From assembly GCA_041583775.1 (NCBI GenBank), contig JBFHFF010000001.1, forward strand, positions 158,725-222,724: a DNA stretch of 64,000 nucleotides. Reading direction: 5' to 3'. The notes beneath the pieces were generated by a model. The model had not been told where the DNA came from. It made no database searches and was given only the letters and a program-made list of their open reading frames with translations. The stretch is from Candidatus Moraniibacteriota bacterium. Its GTDB lineage: Bacteria; Patescibacteriota; Minisyncoccia; Moranbacterales; DUUL01. Each line of letters begins with the position of its first letter. The first letter of the stretch is position 1. Made by a program: the position numbers and the translations under genes. Shown piece after piece: positions 55,355-64,000 of the stretch.

Positions 55355-55768
55355 TCAAATTGTCCTTAGGAATTCCTCTATTGTTTTAAATCTTTTCTCA
55401 AATATCAAATAAAGAGTTTCGGGTTTCTCTACTTCTCCGATTAATATAAGTTCTTTCTCTAATCCATAGGCTATTCCAGTTTCAATATGCACCGAATTAC
55501 CAGCTGGTAAAAGCACAATCACCTTTTCAGCCTCTTTTAGTGCTTTTAAATCTTTTTCAAAAATATACTTACAATATTCGTCATTGTAAAAGTCTTTTGT
55601 ATTTTCGAAAACATGCATTTGTTCTTTCCCATCTTTTTCTGGATTATCTGGGTCAGCGGGTGTGTCACAAAAATTATAACAACTAAAACCTTTGTCTCTA
55701 ATTTGATTAACAAGATAATCAACATTTTTCTTATTTCTAAATTTTGCCAAAACTGTATAATCAGTCAT
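55355..55768 (-). CDS. Nucleoside 2-deoxyribosyltransferase-like protein
   Basis: DLKALKEAEKVIVLLPAGNSVHIETGIAYG..K motif. Confidence 0.65.
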   Translation of the reverse strand: MTDYTVLAKFRNKKNVDYLVNQIRDKGFSCYNFCDTPADPDNPEKDGKEQMHVFENTKDFYNDEYCKYIFEKDLKALKEAEKVIVLLPAGNSVHIETGIAYGLEKELILIGEVEKPETLYLIFEKRFKTIEEFLRTI

Positions 55769-55779
55769 TTTTTTAATTT

Positions 55780-56008
55780 AAAAAATAAAAATCCCTATGC
55801 AAAAAATGCATAAGGACGACAATTGCCGTGGTACCACCTTCTTTTTAGTGTTTATAGTCTCACAATTCAGGCCTCTCTCTCTTCTCAAATTTGAACTACG
55901 AGCTCTAAACACTTCTCAATTACAGCTATTACGGGCATACCCGACGAATTCTACTCCCTTTATGGTTTCTTTTCGTAGCTCCAGAGTGATTGCTCTTTCA
56001 TCGCTTTT
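55780..56008 (-). promoter_or_regulatory. T-box riboswitch (Ile, AUC specifier) with intrinsic terminator
   Basis: AAGGTGGTACCACGG...TCGTCCTT antiterminator; agag-CAATCA-ctct short stem I; AGTAGAA stem II; cgggtatgcccgt stem IIA/B; terminator tccttatgca/tgcataggga-T. Confidence 0.92.
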
Positions 56009-56183
56009 TACCTTTCTACAATAATTGAAAAACTCCCTTTTGTAAAGAGACTTTCCTGCACAATGCTTTGCTTTAAAATATCTGTTATGCTAAAATAAAG
56101 TAAAAGTTAAGTATATATTTGCTATATTTTTTGTAGCATATTTAACTTTTTATATATTATGTAAAGAAATAAATTAGAAAATT

Positions 56184-56531
56184 ATGTTAGAAAAAACAAC
56201 ATTAGAAGAACTAAAAGAAATGCTGCTTGAAGAAAAAGAGAAATTAGAAGCTGATCTTAATAAGATTGCCATTAAAACAGACGATGGCTATAAAGCAAAA
56301 ATCGAAGACCTTGGGAGAGAGGAAGATGACAATGCTGAAGAAATGGAAGAAAAAGAAGCAAGTCAGGGGCTTATTAATGTTTTAAGTGGAAATCTAAAAG
56401 AAGTAGATGGAGCACTTGCAAAGATGGAAAATGGAACATATGGTCACTGTGAAAACTGTGATGAAGAAATTCCGGTTGAAAGATTGCGAGCATATCCTGC
56501 TGCAACAAGCTGTGTAAAATGTACAGACTAA
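56184..56531 (+). CDS. DksA/TraR C4-type zinc-finger protein
   Basis: Coiled coil then YGHCENC...IPVERL..YP...CVKC. Confidence 0.92.
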   Translation: MLEKTTLEELKEMLLEEKEKLEADLNKIAIKTDDGYKAKIEDLGREEDDNAEEMEEKEASQGLINVLSGNLKEVDGALAKMENGTYGHCENCDEEIPVERLRAYPAATSCVKCTD

Positions 56532-56535
56532 AGTT

Positions 56536-56946
56536 ATGTGGGCATTTATAATCCCCTCTGTTATTATTGCACTTGATCAAATTTTAAAATTTTTAGCAAA
56601 CAAAAATCTTCTGCCTACAGTGGGAGATTTTTTTGAAACCATTTCCTGCAACACAGGGATCGCTTTTGGCGTGCAATTACCCTCTTTTGTTTTTATTTTG
56701 CTCTGGATCTTCTCAATAGGCATTATTTTATATTTATTAAGACTTGAAAAAAATAACCTTGCACTTGCCGTTGTATTAGGAGGAGCAATTTCAAATATCA
56801 TCGATAGAATTTTTCATGGATGTGTTGTTGATTACATTTCTTTTTTGAATATTCCAACTTTTAATCTAGCAGATACAGCAATTTGTTTAGGAATTGGTTG
56901 GTTTGTCTTTAATTCATTTTTTCAAAAAACTCACAATGCCAAATAA
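56536..56946 (+). CDS. lspA: Signal peptidase II
   Basis: DQILK, NTGIAFG, GGAISNIIDR, VVDYI, FNLAD. Confidence 0.92.
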   Translation: MWAFIIPSVIIALDQILKFLANKNLLPTVGDFFETISCNTGIAFGVQLPSFVFILLWIFSIGIILYLLRLEKNNLALAVVLGGAISNIIDRIFHGCVVDYISFLNIPTFNLADTAICLGIGWFVFNSFFQKTHNAK

Positions 56947-57381
56947 AAAAGTTTCTAAAGAAGAAGATATTTCGTTGTCTTACCTTATTTTACAAACATC
57001 CCTCTTTCTATTTGTAGCATTTGTTTATCTTGCGATATTTTTAATGGCCTATGCGATGGGATATGAAACTGAAGAAAATCCTGATGTTATTTTATATCCT
57101 CCTATTTTTTAGCCTTTAAACAATGGATTGCTTTGTTTTTTAATTTTTACATTCTTTTCTGGTTTTTTAAAAAAATTCTACCAAAAAAGTATCATTTCTT
57201 CAAAATCCCTCTTTTAATATTATGCACATTTATTTTCTTCATCTTATTGCCCTTTTTGATTTTTAAAAATCTTTTTTTAATGTGGTGGCCTGCCATTCTT
57301 TTCCTGCCTCTTGCTGTATCAATCTATATTGTGCGTATAACATTAAAGGACTATTTGGAGCAAAAAAATTCTGAGAATTAA
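56936..57381 (+). pseudogene. Membrane protein gene apparently split by a frameshift (56936-57112 plus 57133-57381)
   Basis: First ORF stops right after a T6 run; the second frame is open from 57085; one added T fuses them. Confidence 0.45.
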
Positions 57382-57493
57382 CTCCTTTTGGCCTCAAAAT
57401 TAGAAATTCAAAATTCAAAATTTTATTTATTACCCTTCCCTCAAAACCATTTTTGTTATAAACTAGAGGTATTGAATACTAAACAAAAACAAG

Positions 57494-59023
57494 ATGGTCT
57501 CAAAAATCTATTCCTCTACTGTGTTTGGGATGGAAGGGATGATTGTTGAAATTGAAGTAGACACTTCTCCTGGACAACCAGTCTTTAATATTGTTGGACT
57601 TCCTGATGCAGCAATCAAAGAATCAAAAGATCGTGTCGCAAGCGCTTTGAAAAATTCTGGTTTTCGTCCTCCTCATCATTTTGGCAGAATCACTGTCAAT
57701 CTTGCCCCCGCAGATATCAAAAAAGAGGGTCCTGCTTTTGACTTGCCAATTGCTATCGGAATTCTTTTAGCCTCCAAGCAAATTGAAAAAATTCCCGAAA
57801 AATCAATCTTCCTAGGTGAACTTGCTCTTGATGGAAGACTGCGTCATGTTAGGGGTTCTTTGCCAATTAGTCTTTGTGCAAAAGAAAACGGCTTTAAACA
57901 ACTGTTTCTGCCTGAACATTCCGCCAAAGAAGCAAACCTGACCCAGGAGCTTGTCGTTTTCCCGATTAAAACTCTCAAACAATTAGCTAAGCATCTAAAT
58001 GGAGAGCTCAAGATAGAGCCCCTTAAAAAAGAAACTTTATTTTTTGAGGAACTTGAAAAAGGAGATTATGATCATGATTTTTGTTTTATTAAAGGGCAGG
58101 AACATGTCAAACGCGCACTTGAAATCGCGGTTGCTGGAAATCACAACATTCTCCTCTCTGGCCCTCCAGGAAGTGGAAAAACTATGCTTGCCAAATCAAT
58201 TCCTTCGATTATGCCACCTCTAAACATTGATGAGGCCTTTGAAGTTACTAAAATATATTCCATTTCCGGACAAACAAATAAGGACAATCCCTTTATCACT
58301 GAACGACCATTTCGTTGTCCTCATCACAGTGCTAGTGCAATCTCACTTGTTGGTGGTGGCTCTGTTCCAAAGCCGGGAGAAATTTCACTTGCTAATCGAG
58401 GAGTTTTATTTTTAGATGAATTTCCAGAATTTTCTCGTGAAGTCATCGAAAACCTTCGTCAACCACTAGAAGATGGTAGCGTCTCCATTTCTCGTGTCCA
58501 GGGCTCCACAACCTTCCCAGCGCAATTCATTCTTGTTGCTGCTATGAATCCCTGTCCTTGTGGATTTTCAACCGACCCAGACCGTTCCTGTGTCTGCACT
58601 CCTTTTCAAATCGCTCGTTATAAAAGAAAACTTTCTGGCCCCATTATGGACAGAATTGATTTGCACATTGAAGTTCCAAAGCTGAAATTTGAAAAACTTT
58701 CTTCAAACGAATTAGGAGAAAAAAGTTTTGATATCCGTAAAAGAATTGTTTCTGCGCGTAAATTTCAAGAAAATCGTTTTACTAACTTCAAAACATTTAC
58801 AAACGCAGAAATGAGCAGTCACGCAATTAGAAAATTCTGCCAAATTGGATCAGCCGAAAAAATTCTTTTACAAAATGCAGTTAAACAGCTTGGTCTTTCA
58901 CCTCGTGGATATCATCGCTTATTAAAGGTGGCTCGCACAATTGCAGATCTTGCAGGAGATCAAAATTTAAACTCAACTCACCTTGCTGAAGCTATTCAAT
59001 ATCGCTTTCGCACAGAAGAATGA
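57494..59023 (+). CDS. comM: YifB/ComM Mg-chelatase-like AAA ATPase
   Basis: IVGLPDAAIKES, NLAPA, GPPGSGKT, PHH, GEISLA, LDEFPEF, MNPCPCG. Confidence 0.93.
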   Translation: MVSKIYSSTVFGMEGMIVEIEVDTSPGQPVFNIVGLPDAAIKESKDRVASALKNSGFRPPHHFGRITVNLAPADIKKEGPAFDLPIAIGILLASKQIEKIPEKSIFLGELALDGRLRHVRGSLPISLCAKENGFKQLFLPEHSAKEANLTQELVVFPIKTLKQLAKHLNGELKIEPLKKETLFFEELEKGDYDHDFCFIKGQEHVKRALEIAVAGNHNILLSGPPGSGKTMLAKSIPSIMPPLNIDEAFEVTKIYSISGQTNKDNPFITERPFRCPHHSASAISLVGGGSVPKPGEISLANRGVLFLDEFPEFSREVIENLRQPLEDGSVSISRVQGSTTFPAQFILVAAMNPCPCGFSTDPDRSCVCTPFQIARYKRKLSGPIMDRIDLHIEVPKLKFEKLSSNELGEKSFDIRKRIVSARKFQENRFTNFKTFTNAEMSSHAIRKFCQIGSAEKILLQNAVKQLGLSPRGYHRLLKVARTIADLAGDQNLNSTHLAEAIQYRFRTEE

Positions 59024-59082
59024 TATTTTAAAAATTTTGAAGGGCTTTGAAGTCTATAACTTCAAAGCCCTTTCTCATTTCT

Positions 59083-59289
59083 TTATTTTTCATTCAGGAA
59101 GATTTTTTTTTTAAACTCTTCCACTACCCAGGCACGAGCAGCATCAGTGTTAGGCACTGGAGTATCATGTTGAGTCCAAGGTTCCTTACCAATCCTTGTG
59201 AAGACTCCAAATTTTTTGTCCAGATTCAGTGCGACATCCACTGAAACCCCTTTCACTTGAACAGTTCCAACTGGTTTTATCTTTGGCAT
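59083..59289 (-). CDS. Hypothetical small protein (68 aa)
   Basis: AAGGGGG SD-like site before ATG, plausible promoter, protein-like composition. Confidence 0.55.
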   Translation of the reverse strand: MPKIKPVGTVQVKGVSVDVALNLDKKFGVFTRIGKEPWTQHDTPVPNTDAARAWVVEEFKKKIFLNEK

Positions 59290-59463
59290 TTTGCCCCCCT
59301 TCTTTAAAAGTTTTAATCCCCACTAAAGAACTAAAGAACCTTCTTATAAAATAAAATTTTATATATAAAAATAGCATAAAAAATAATAACTGTAAAGAGT
59401 TCTGAGATATAAAAAAGCCAAGACAAATCTTGACTTTTTTATCTTCTACTTTCGCAAAATTTT

Positions 59464-60612
59464 CTAGTAGATATATCCTTTAATAACCCTACTACTTGCA
59501 GATAATGTTCTGGTACTCTCAACCCCAAATCCTTTGTAGTTCATTTCTCGAACTGTAATGGAGTTGCCACTTACTTTGGTAACAATAGCCACATGCCCAT
59601 ACCAACTTTCACTTGTAACCATAATTGAACCTTTCTTTGGGGTTTTTCCAGTGTTTGCACCGTATGCACGGGCGTTATATAACCATGTTCCTGCATTTCC
59701 TCCCCATGGAACATACTTACTTTGAGCAACATACCAAGTACAATATCCTGCCGGGAATCTATGTCCTCCCTTAGGATTTTTATCAATAATAGATGGCGTT
59801 CGATTCTCGGAACCATCTGAACTATAATAGTTTCTTTCTGTTAACAGACTTCTTGGCGTTGCTGCTGGTCGTGGATCCTCTTTTTGTCCGTCAGGAACAA
59901 CTAATTCTTCACCAACTTTTAATCTTCCGTCTGCTGGCAACTCATTAAATGCGATGATTTTTTCTTTTTCTGCTTCGTATTTTTTAGCAATACTGTCAAT
60001 TGTATCTCCCTCTTTAACAACATGCTGCACTCCAGCTGTTGGTAAAATAAAGATTTTATCATCAGGCATAATCAGATCTGGATCATCGATATCATTAGCC
60101 CAAAGGATAGTATTCTCGGTAACATTGAATTTTTGAGCAATTGTACTAAGCGTATCACCACTTTCAACTTGATAGACTGCAACATCAGCCCCTTGATCAA
60201 GCAATTCCTTTGTGTCAGGAATAGTTGCTGTTAAAACCTGGTATTGAGCTTGGTTCTGATCCAGTCTTCCTTCTTTTTTCAATAAATCCGCTATTGACTC
60301 CTCATCCTTAAGCTCCTCCGCAGCAATCGCAACTGGAACAGTTGCTGTTTCATTTTTATATATGTTATTCTTAACCCTTCTTTTGATTTTATCCTCATTT
60401 GACTCTTCTTTCTGAAAAAAACCAGACACAAAACCAACTTTATTTGAATTAGTCTCGGCCTTGTTTAGATTTCCAACAACCACCAAACTAGACACTAAAG
60501 CGACCACTATAACCGCTGAATGACCTCTGAAAAAATCCAATAAAACTCTTGTTTTATTGTTCTTTATAAATTCAAGAAATTGTTTTTCTTTTTGTTTTAA
60601 AAAGAAGACCAA
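59464..60612 (-). CDS. LysM-LysM-CHAP peptidoglycan hydrolase
   Basis: YQVESGDTLSTIA, HVVKEGDTIDSIA; GYCTWY...YGHVA...EMN. Confidence 0.92.
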   Translation of the reverse strand: MVFFLKQKEKQFLEFIKNNKTRVLLDFFRGHSAVIVVALVSSLVVVGNLNKAETNSNKVGFVSGFFQKEESNEDKIKRRVKNNIYKNETATVPVAIAAEELKDEESIADLLKKEGRLDQNQAQYQVLTATIPDTKELLDQGADVAVYQVESGDTLSTIAQKFNVTENTILWANDIDDPDLIMPDDKIFILPTAGVQHVVKEGDTIDSIAKKYEAEKEKIIAFNELPADGRLKVGEELVVPDGQKEDPRPAATPRSLLTERNYYSSDGSENRTPSIIDKNPKGGHRFPAGYCTWYVAQSKYVPWGGNAGTWLYNARAYGANTGKTPKKGSIMVTSESWYGHVAIVTKVSGNSITVREMNYKGFGVESTRTLSASSRVIKGYIY

Positions 60613-60898
60613 ATTATTTAAGAATTCTTGAAATACTCCCCTTTCTTGACTCTTCTTCGCTTCTTTATTATAGAAATTCTGCTTATGAAATGTTGAATTG
60701 CAACGTTTAATAGCTTTTTTCCCTTGTTAGTTACATATCTATAGGAAATTGGTCAAATAAAGATCCATCTCCATCAATTTGCAACCCTTTAATTATAATC
60801 AACATTCATTGTAGTTAAGACAGTCATTTTGTCAATAGGAAATTACATTTTATTCAATTTAGTGTAAAATAACAATATAATAGCTATAAAAAATTTTG

Positions 60899-61798
60899 AT
60901 GAAAAAGTCCAATCTATTTATAACAGATTACTTGGAATATCTTGAAGTTGATAAAAATCGTTCACAAAAAACATTAGAAAATTATTCTAGATACCTCCGT
61001 AAATTTTCCTCCTGGGCAAAAATAAACAAACCCAGTGACATAACAGATGAAATAGTGCATAAATTTCGTGTACACCTCAGTCAAACTGTTGATGAAAACG
61101 GAGCGTCATTAGATAGAAAAACACAAAATTACTACATTATTGCATTAAGGGGCTTCCTAAGATACCTTTCTAAAAAAAACATTCCTTCTCTTTCTGCCGA
61201 AAAAATAGAACTAGGGAAAACTAATGCTCGCACAATTGATTTTTTAACCGCTGAAGAAGTTGGGCGTCTCATTAAATCAACAGAAGGAATGTCTTTTTCG
61301 AAAGCTAGAGATAGAGCAATTTTATTACTTTTATTCTCTTCTGGGCTTAGGGTTTCCGAACTCGTAAATTTAAATAGAGACAATATTGATTTAAAAAGAA
61401 AAGAATTTTCAGTAATCGGAAAAGGCTCTAAAATTAGAATAGTTTTTATTTCAGATGGCGCAAAAGGTGCGCTTGAATATTTTCTAAACAAAAGAAAAGA
61501 CATAGATCCCGCACTTTTCGTAAGACTCCCCAAGAAAAATGATTTTTCTGATTTACGCATCACCACAAGAAGTATCCAACGAATTGTATCTCAATGTGCT
61601 AAAAGAGCTGGAATTCTAAAAAAAGTAACTCCACATGTTTTGCGTCATAGTTTCGCCACCAACCTCTTGCAAAATGGTGCAGATATTCGTAGCGTTCAAG
61701 CCCTCCTGGGTCATAGCTCTATAAATACAACCCAAATTTACACTCATGTTACAAATGAAGGACTTAAGGATGTATATACTAAATATCATAAAAAATAG
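60899..61798 (+). CDS. XerC/XerD-type tyrosine recombinase
   Basis: RDRAIL..SSGLRVSE, GKGSK, TPHVLRHSFAT, LLGH, TQIY. Confidence 0.95.
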   Translation: MKKSNLFITDYLEYLEVDKNRSQKTLENYSRYLRKFSSWAKINKPSDITDEIVHKFRVHLSQTVDENGASLDRKTQNYYIIALRGFLRYLSKKNIPSLSAEKIELGKTNARTIDFLTAEEVGRLIKSTEGMSFSKARDRAILLLLFSSGLRVSELVNLNRDNIDLKRKEFSVIGKGSKIRIVFISDGAKGALEYFLNKRKDIDPALFVRLPKKNDFSDLRITTRSIQRIVSQCAKRAGILKKVTPHVLRHSFATNLLQNGADIRSVQALLGHSSINTTQIYTHVTNEGLKDVYTKYHKK

Positions 61799-61873
61799 CT
61801 TGTATCCAATAGAAGCTATTTTTTAAAACAAATTTCATTCTTTCTATTTTTATATTTTTGTAAAAAAATTCTG

Positions 61874-61947
61874 TGGGTCTGTCCAGATTTGAACTGGAGA
61901 CCTCCACGATGTCAACGTGGCGCTCTAACCAACTGAGCTACAAACCC
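61874..61947 (-). tRNA. tRNA-Val(GAC)
   Basis: CCACG-TT-GAC-AT-CGTGG; CCA not encoded. Confidence 0.96.
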
Positions 61948-62192
61948 CTTTGTTGTTAAATTTTAAAATATCAATGATACCCTAAAATCACTCTCCTCTT
62001 TGTTTTTAAACAAAATCACCTCTTTTGTAAATTCACTTTACTAACCAATATATCTTAATCATAAATTAAAGTTTTTTCAAGTCCACTTTCACTCAACGAC
62101 CTTTTTTCCCTTATTATATCTTTAATTCATTTTACTTTCACTCTTCAAAGTGTTATGTTTAATGGTAGTTTTGATATTTTAAAATTTCATTT

Positions 62193-62708
62193 ATGTATTC
62201 AGTAAACCAAGAATTAATTTTATTCGCGCTTTGTTTTTTTGTTTTTTTTCTTTTAGTTTGGAATGTTGTCAATCAAATCACACTATTTAAAATCAGAAAA
62301 AATCAAAAGACTCTTTTTAGGGGTGAAAAAGCTAAAAATCTTGAGAGAATTGTTCTTGATAATCAAAAAGCTTGGGGTTCAATAAATAGTGATATAGACG
62401 ATTTATACAAAATAACAACAAACATTCACGAACTTGCTCATCTTGGCCTACATAAGATTGGAATGATACGATTCAATCCTTTTCGTGATATTGGCGGAGA
62501 TCAAAGCTTCTCAATTGCACTTTTAGATGGTGAAAATGATGGCTTAGTGATCTCTTCTATCTATTCTCGTGACGGTGTTAGGGTTTACACAAAGGCAATT
62601 CAAAACGGACTATCTGAAAAACACCCTTTAACCGAAGAAGAGAAAAAAGCAATTGAAGTTGCTTCTTCTGCCAAATTTATTTCTCCAACAAAGAAAAAAA
62701 TTAAGTAA
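62193..62708 (+). CDS. DUF4446-like protein
   Basis: TM; IRFNPFRDIGGDQSFSIALLD...G.VISSIYSR...YTK. Confidence 0.85.
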   Translation: MYSVNQELILFALCFFVFFLLVWNVVNQITLFKIRKNQKTLFRGEKAKNLERIVLDNQKAWGSINSDIDDLYKITTNIHELAHLGLHKIGMIRFNPFRDIGGDQSFSIALLDGENDGLVISSIYSRDGVRVYTKAIQNGLSEKHPLTEEEKKAIEVASSAKFISPTKKKIK

Positions 62709-62809
62709 TTCTCAATTTTAATTAATTGACTATTTGCTAATTTATTGCTATAAAAGAACATTGCACTTGAATGTTGTGACTTTTATATTCTAACAATATA
62801 ACTTAAAAA

Positions 62810-64000
62810 ATGTCTATGCCCCAAGAAAACAAAACTCTTGTTAAAATTCCTTTTCAATTAACTGTCGGTGATCTTGCAAAGCGTCTCGAGATTAGCGCTA
62901 TTGAAGTTATTAAAAAATTAATGGAAAACGGCGTAATGGCTTCGATTAATCAGATTATTGATTATGAAACTGCTGTTCTTATTGCTGAGGAATTCGGATT
63001 TGAAACCTCTATCGAGGAGAGCGCCATTGACGATGAAATACTTACAATTGAAAAATTGGGAGAATTATTGAAACTTGAACAAGAAACTTCCGATACTCTT
63101 ACAATGAGAGCACCAATTGTAACAATCCTTGGACATGTTGATCATGGAAAAACAACTTTATTAGACACTTTAAGAAAAACTCATATCGCAGAAAAGGAGT
63201 CTGGCGGTATAACTCAACACATAAGCGCTTACCAAGCCAAGAAAAAAGGTGAATTAATAACTTTCATTGACACTCCTGGTCATGAAGCCTTTGCTTCAAT
63301 GCGAGAAAGAGGAGCTGGAATAGCCGATATTGCCATTTTAGTTGTAGCAGCTGATGATGGGGTTAAGCCTCAAACAAAAGAAGTTGCTCTCTTTTTAATG
63401 GAAAATAAAATCCCAACAATTGTAGCTGTTAACAAAATCGACAAGCCAGAGGCAAATGTGAATCGAGTAAAAAAAGAGTTGGCCGAACTTGGTGTTTTGG
63501 TTGAAGGTTACGGCGGAGATATTCCTCTTAATGAAATTTCCGCAAAACAAAATTTGGGATTAGATAATCTCTTGGATACAATTTTATTAGTAGCTGAAAT
63601 GCAAAAATTTGAAGCAAATAAAGAACGGGGAGCTCTTGGGGTTGTTCTGGAAGCACACAAAGACCCTCAAAAGGGTGCCGTTGCTACTGTAATAATCAAA
63701 ACTGGAACTCTAAAGGTTGGCCAAAATATTACAATTGGAAGCATCAATGGTAGGGTCAGAAAAATTGAGGATTATGCCGGAAAATCAGTTAAATCCGCTG
63801 GACCGTCAATGCCCATAACTCTTATAGGCCTACCAGATGTTCCTAATAGTAACGATGTTTTACAAGTTCAATCAGGACAACTAGACAGAAAAAAAAGAAA
63901 GTTATTGGCAAGACAAGGAGCTTTTGTTTCCAGAGGAGCAGTTGCACATAATTCCCAAGATCTCATCCGAAATATTGATGCTGCTTTGATGAAAAAATTC
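62810..64000 (+). CDS. infB: Translation initiation factor IF-2, 5' part (truncated by window edge)
   Basis: Manual translation: LTVGDLAKRL, ILGHVDHGKTTLLD, GGITQHI, FIDTPGHEAF, AVNKID. Confidence 0.97.
   Translation, partial: MSMPQENKTLVKIPFQLTVGDLAKRLEISAIEVIKKLMENGVMASINQIIDYETAVLIAEEFGFETSIEESAIDDEILTIEKLGELLKLEQETSDTLTMRAPIVTILGHVDHGKTTLLDTLRKTHIAEKESGGITQHISAYQAKKKGELITFIDTPGHEAFASMRERGAGIADIAILVVAADDGVKPQTKEVALFLMENKIPTIVAVNKIDKPEANVNRVKKELAELGVLVEGYGGDIPLNEISAKQNLGLDNLLDTILLVAEMQKFEANKERGALGVVLEAHKDPQKGAVATVIIKTGTLKVGQNITIGSINGRVRKIEDYAGKSVKSAGPSMPITLIGLPDVPNSNDVLQVQSGQLDRKKRKLLARQGAFVSRGAVAHNSQDLIRNIDAALMKKF

Noticed and set aside
56050-56060. GCAGGAAAGTC on the minus strand as the start of RNase P RNA
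   Set aside because: No P4 partner sequence; the downstream region is explained by the T-box
60899-61947. Tyrosine recombinase next to tRNA-Val as an island integrase
   Set aside because: ~300-aa Xer-type protein without an arm-binding domain, no att duplication, housekeeping neighbours

Overview
AT-rich bacterial chromosome segment using the standard code (TGA acts as stop). The gene content and style point to a Patescibacteria/CPR (Parcubacteria, Moranbacteria-like) genome; this taxon call is inference. Most genes are housekeeping: rlmH, pth, recA, tgt, recO, pyrE/pyrF, uvrB, secG, pgi/pmi, rnj, tsf, rpsB, pnp, ileS, lspA, comM, a Xer recombinase and partial infB, plus five tRNAs, envelope/glycan genes and a few orphans. 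No CRISPR array, prophage or IS element is visible. The unexplained signal is mostly non-coding: (1) a ~550-nt ORF-free, multi-stem candidate RNA with its own promoter and terminator at 51.17-51.72 kb; (2) two ~75-100-nt rod-shaped sRNA candidates at 8.0 and 42.0 kb, one with an anti-Shine-Dalgarno-like loop; (3) an actinobacterial-type ultrashort-stem-I Ile T-box joined to a transcription terminator, with an extra gene between it and ileS; (4) structured leaders on rnj and pnp; (5) a recurring promoter/boxA-like/SD layout in front of accessory genes. Protein oddities include a membrane-anchored Clp ATPase with a degenerate first ring and three paralogous Cys-containing lysozyme-like proteins. 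All RNA structures were folded by eye and are untested.
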